From positions 20,708,001 through 20,772,000 of the forward strand of contig NC_134470.1 in assembly GCF_964194025.1 (NCBI RefSeq): a stretch of DNA of 64,000 nt. The letters run 5' to 3'. The stretch is from Convolutriloba macropyga. Taxonomy: Eukaryota. The notes beneath the pieces were generated by a model. It was not told the origin of the DNA. It saw only the letters and a list, made by a program, of their open reading frames with translations, and did no database searches. This document shows positions 59,844-64,000 of the stretch, in pieces; within the stretch, counting starts at the first letter, position 1; every line of letters begins with the position of its first letter. Made by a program: the position numbers and the translations under genes.

Positions 59844-62614
59844 GACACACACTATCAATAGACTCCGAGACAAAATTAAAATAACCGCGTATGAAGCAAA
59901 CAATTATTACCTACCAACTACGTCGTACAAATTCCTCTCTAACGATAGATGAGGAGTCGGCTTTAATACTAACAAGCTGAAGCAGACAAAATCTAGCTTG
60001 AGGCGGTGAAGATGGTAGAGGTGGAAGGCAAGGAATTGGACCTCAACCCCTGATTTTTTGGCTTCTCAGACGTCTCTCAGAAGTTTCGCTGAACCGTACA
60101 CGAAGAGCTTAATAACGGTCTCAGAAAGATACTAAAAAAATTAACAGTCTGACACTTTCAGCGATTTATTCCATCTTGAAGTCAGAAAATAACTTTAAAT
60201 CACTCAAATGAGCAAAAAAAAAACGTTCTAGCTAGGAGATCAATACAGGTGAAGCGTAAAATAGGAAGACTTGCAACACGTTTAAAATATTTGTTTCAAA
60301 CTCCGTTCACGAACATTTAATTAAGAAGAAGCAAAATCAAATTGGAAACGATAAAAGGTTTTTAAAACGTACGAAATAGACTGCTTTAGAATCGAAGACT
60401 TTTCTAATGGGTTTAGGTTTGGAGCTTCTTTTCTTCAGTTTATTGCATGCTAAAAACAAATGTGGAGAAAGCCTGAGTTTGAAACATTGGGCCTGTTTTC
60501 AATCTCTGCCTTTGATTTGTTTCATATCCTGTTGTGTTCTAACAAAGGCACGCCTAATGTATTTTGCACATAAAAGAAAAATTAATCAACGTAGTTCATT
60601 TCAACGAATAAACGGTCAACATTGAAAAGACCGGAAGTAGAACATGTTTGACTAACTTAAAGCAGAGAAAAAATTGACCTATTTGGAGCTGAACTGGAAA
60701 GATCTTCAACTACCGAACTCAGCACAGGTTAGGCTGAAAACTCAGAGGACAATGCATATAGTCATATCAGTTTGCTTTTTCATGTTCAGTTTATTAATAA
60801 CAATATCAAACAACGTCCAAAGTTTTCCCGCACAAAAGACTGGTTGACTTTTCCTTGAACAAGATATGAATTGGGACAAAAATTTGACAATTATGTATGC
60901 TTAGCAATAATCATTAACGACATCTGACATCCATTGAGCAAAATAATTATTATACGCTCCAGCTCGATACGATAGCAGAGTACTCCTACAATAATAGAAA
61001 TGCACTTGTATTAAGGAATATCTTGAAATGATTGATTGGTTTTTAGTTAATGGAAAAATGTGCCTAAAAATGAATTGCTTGCGGGGAATTTTTATACATT
61101 TAAAGGAAATCACTTTTCAAATTTTTAAGTTGTTGTTTTAAAAACTTCAACATTAAACACATTTAACGTAACCCTCCTTAAGCTTATGATCACACGTAGA
61201 ATGTGTTCTCGGACCTTAGTCTCATAGCATATCAGTACTGAAATTTTATTCAAAATTATATTCCAATTGTATATCGTCCCTTACTGTATCAGTGTACCCT
61301 AGGAGTATGTTGCTACTATTTTATCTGCAGCCTATTCGCAAATAAACTTTTTTTCTGAAATAAGACTTTACGTCCTTGGTTTTGATTCCATCATGTTCAT
61401 AGAAAATTTTTGTAAAAAATTAAAAATTTTGAAGTTTTTTGAGCATGACGATGAAAATACCGAACCTGACGCTGAATCTTAAATTATTGAAAAAACCGTT
61501 TTATCATTTAAAAAAGTGGAAAATCACAAAACCAGAAAATGCACGCGTAGTGCTAGGAAACTGTCAAATTGTCAAATGCAGAAAAATTTTTTTAGTTCTT
61601 CAGATTGTAATGAAATTTTGCTTGTCTTTGTTTTACTGGGCCGACAATATACAATTAGAATACAATATTTCAATACTGATATGCTATGAGACCAAGCTCT
61701 GGGATACAACATTCTGATTGCTTCGTAATAATTGGGGGCAATTCTCAAAAGAAGTTAATATTGCTATTGATAGCCTGCGGATACTTATTTCTCCTGAAGT
61801 AATCAAAACTTATGTTCCACTTTAAATAATCTACCTCGATTGTGTGTTTTGGATTACACATGAGAATAAACAAGGATCTTTTCTGCCGCACTCCACTTAT
61901 TGGTCCTGTGAAATCGACTAGTTTCGGCTGTTTTTGAAGGAACGCCCCAACCCTACCCCCCTCCACCCTAACGCCCCCACCCTAAACCCGCACTCCTCGC
62001 CCTAGCCCCCCTCCCCCTCCTCACCCAAGCCCCCACTTCTACACCACCACCTCCATGAGCACCCCAACTCTATACCCGAGTTGTGAACAACCGTTTGTGT
62101 TCCTTCACGTTCTGCCGTATTTGACGAAATTTTGCTAAGTTGGTGATTGCAAAGCCAACTCTCTTCCTCCATGCTCATTTGTTCTATGAGTTCTAAGTCG
62201 GTTCTGTGTGAGATCTGTGTAAACAGTGTACAGCACTTTTTCTCAATTAGTAGCTTTTGTTAAATTTGTTTTTATATCATTAAAGCAGTGATGTTTTTTC
62301 CTGGTTTCCCTCTTGAGTACCTTTCTTGGCTGGTTTGATTTATTCCAGATGTATCTGATGCAAATTTGGATACATTTTGAACAATTCGTTAAAATTTGTG
62401 ACACTTGAAATTGCAGACGCATCTGGTGGATGTTGAGCAGGTACAAGGTGCCACAGACGCTTCAAAACTCCGGGAATGAACACAAACCATTGTTCACAGC
62501 TGTGTGACCAGCAGAGCTCCAGGTATTCGGATGTGTAGATCAAAGATGAGTTGGAACATGAATGGGAAGATGAGTTGGAAAATGAGCAAGTTGGAGAATG
62601 AGTCAGGAACCATA

Positions 62615-63244
62615 CCCGGGTCGAGGTTTTCACAAAAAATAATGTAAGATTAGCGGTGAATAGCGGTGAAAAAAAATTTTTTTCACCGCAAAGTGCCCGC
62701 ATCTTTTAGCGTTGAATGCGCTGAAAGCGGTGAATTTTTGTAAGAATAGCGTTGAATTTTGCGGTGAAAAATTTTTTTTCACCGCATTCACCGGAATTCT
62801 TACAAAAAAGAAACTGCCGTACAAGGGTTCGAACCTCTACCTCATGCGTGTGACCAACTTCGTAATCCACTGCGCCATCTACACTTCCGTCAATGATTTT
62901 TCCTGTGAATATAAGATAAGCGTTGAAATTAGCGCGGTAAATTTTTGTAAGATTTGCGATTTTAGCGGTGAAAAATTTTTTTCACCGCATTCTGCTGGTA
63001 GCGTTGAAAAATTTTTTTTACCGCATTCTGGTGGTAGCGGTGAAAAATTTTTTTTCACCTCATCCTGCTTGTAGCGGTGAAAAATTTTCTTTCACCGCTT
63101 AAGCGCTGAAAAAAAATTTTTCACCGCTTAAAAGTTTTTTTTCACCGCATTCATCGCATTGAACGCAAATCTTACACTTTTACTCAAATTCACCGCAAAT
63201 CTTACAACTTTTAGCGATTTTTAGCGGTGACACCTCGACCCGGG
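62615..63244. mobile_element. 630-bp foldback MITE, TIR CCCGGGTCGAGGT, TA target duplication
   Basis: TA|CCCGGGTCGAGGT...ACCTCGACCCGGG|TA; body built of palindromic GCGGTGAAAAATTTTTTCACCGC subrepeats. Confidence 0.88.
62804..62884 (-). ncRNA. tRNA-derived putative Pol III unit inside the MITE
   Basis: A box TGGCGCAGTGG, 31-nt spacer, B box GGTTCGAACCC, then TTTCTTTTTT. The cloverleaf does not fold convincingly. Confidence 0.5.
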
Positions 63245-64000
63245 TAATGCACGTTTCGGGTTCAGTTTGCAGCTCTAAAACAGGCAACAACTCAAATTTT
63301 TTGTTGACTTTCTTCATCAAATATTGCAAATTTGATTGAACTTTTCAGCTAAAGCGCTCTATTAAATTAACTTTTTTTTCAGTTCAGACAACGTTTTTTT
63401 TATACAAAAAATAGGCTGAACGAAAAAAAATAGGCTGAACAAAAATAGGCTAGAATCATCAAATTTTCATTTTGTGCAGACCAAACCCAGTCTATTTTTC
63501 AGTCTGAGAACAAAAAATCAGAAATAGCTTCTGAAAGTGAAAATTCTGAGGCTATAAAATGCCCTGCTCAGAATTTTTGATATAGGAAAAATCAAAATGA
63601 GAATTTTCTGATTCAGTACCGAATTTTACTTCGGGTTAAATCCGGGTTTGAATAACGAGAATAGCACAAATTGACATACCTGAAGGTATAAAAAGCCAAC
63701 AAACATTACATTACGACTATTGTTGTACAAATTACTCACTAATGACAGATCAGGAGCAATTTGTACGACAATAGATGAAAGCTAACAAGAGTCAAGCGGG
63801 ACTGCAGAAGTGGAGGGCAAAAAATTGCAGCTCACACACTGAAAATCTGCCTTCAAAAACATTTCTCAGGAGCCTCGTTGAAGTTTTTCCATAGGAGCTA
63901 CTCGGACTACCAACAACCTAGCGCTTTCAGCAATCTATTCCGTCTTAGAAGACAGAAAATCATTTGCTGCAAAATAGGCAATAATTAAAGTCTACAATTC

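Larger units (their letters stand above)
50931..60375 (+). repeat. Two tandem ~820-bp repeat units; the second is interrupted by the BEL element; diverged piece at ~63690-63880
   Basis: 50931-51750 aligns with 51751-52000 joined to 59849-60375. The uninterrupted unit shows a single GACAC at ~51194. Confidence 0.85.

Noticed and set aside
62804-62884. Functional tRNA gene
   Set aside because: Acceptor and anticodon stems do not pair convincingly; kept only as a tRNA-derived Pol III-like unit.
62640-63230. CRISPR-like array of palindromic repeats
   Set aside because: Irregular spacing, no unique spacers, eukaryotic context, and enclosed by TIRs with a TA TSD.

Overview
AT-rich, repeat-dense animal (metazoan) nuclear DNA; the species cannot be fixed from sequence alone. 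Three host genes lie co-oriented on the minus strand: an intronless mitochondrial methionyl-tRNA synthetase (34399-32744), a three-exon folliculin only 321 bp downstream (32422-29318), and an aftiphilin-like gene (exons 24123-22160, 16227-16098, 13893-13756; 3' exons not found). A head-to-tail ~5-6 kb intragenic tandem duplication (5107-15968) copied one aftiphilin exon, and the second copy now carries a frameshifting 83-bp deletion. The introns are filled by a Helentron/DINE-like non-autonomous family, and one insertion has a paralogous empty site. The right half is a transposon nest: a split BEL solo LTR enclosing a Gypsy relic, an assembly gap and a Penelope-like relic, then two CRE-like fragments, a near-intact CR1/L2-type LINE with an extra upstream SGNH-like ORF, a full BEL/Pao element with TSDs, and MITEs. 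The most unusual signals are a decayed PHD finger inserted inside the Penelope RT between motifs B and C, the three-ORF LINE, a possible MARS2-FLCN operon, and a complete Pol III A-box/B-box/terminator unit inside a foldback MITE. All family calls rest on motif recognition by eye; no searches were run.
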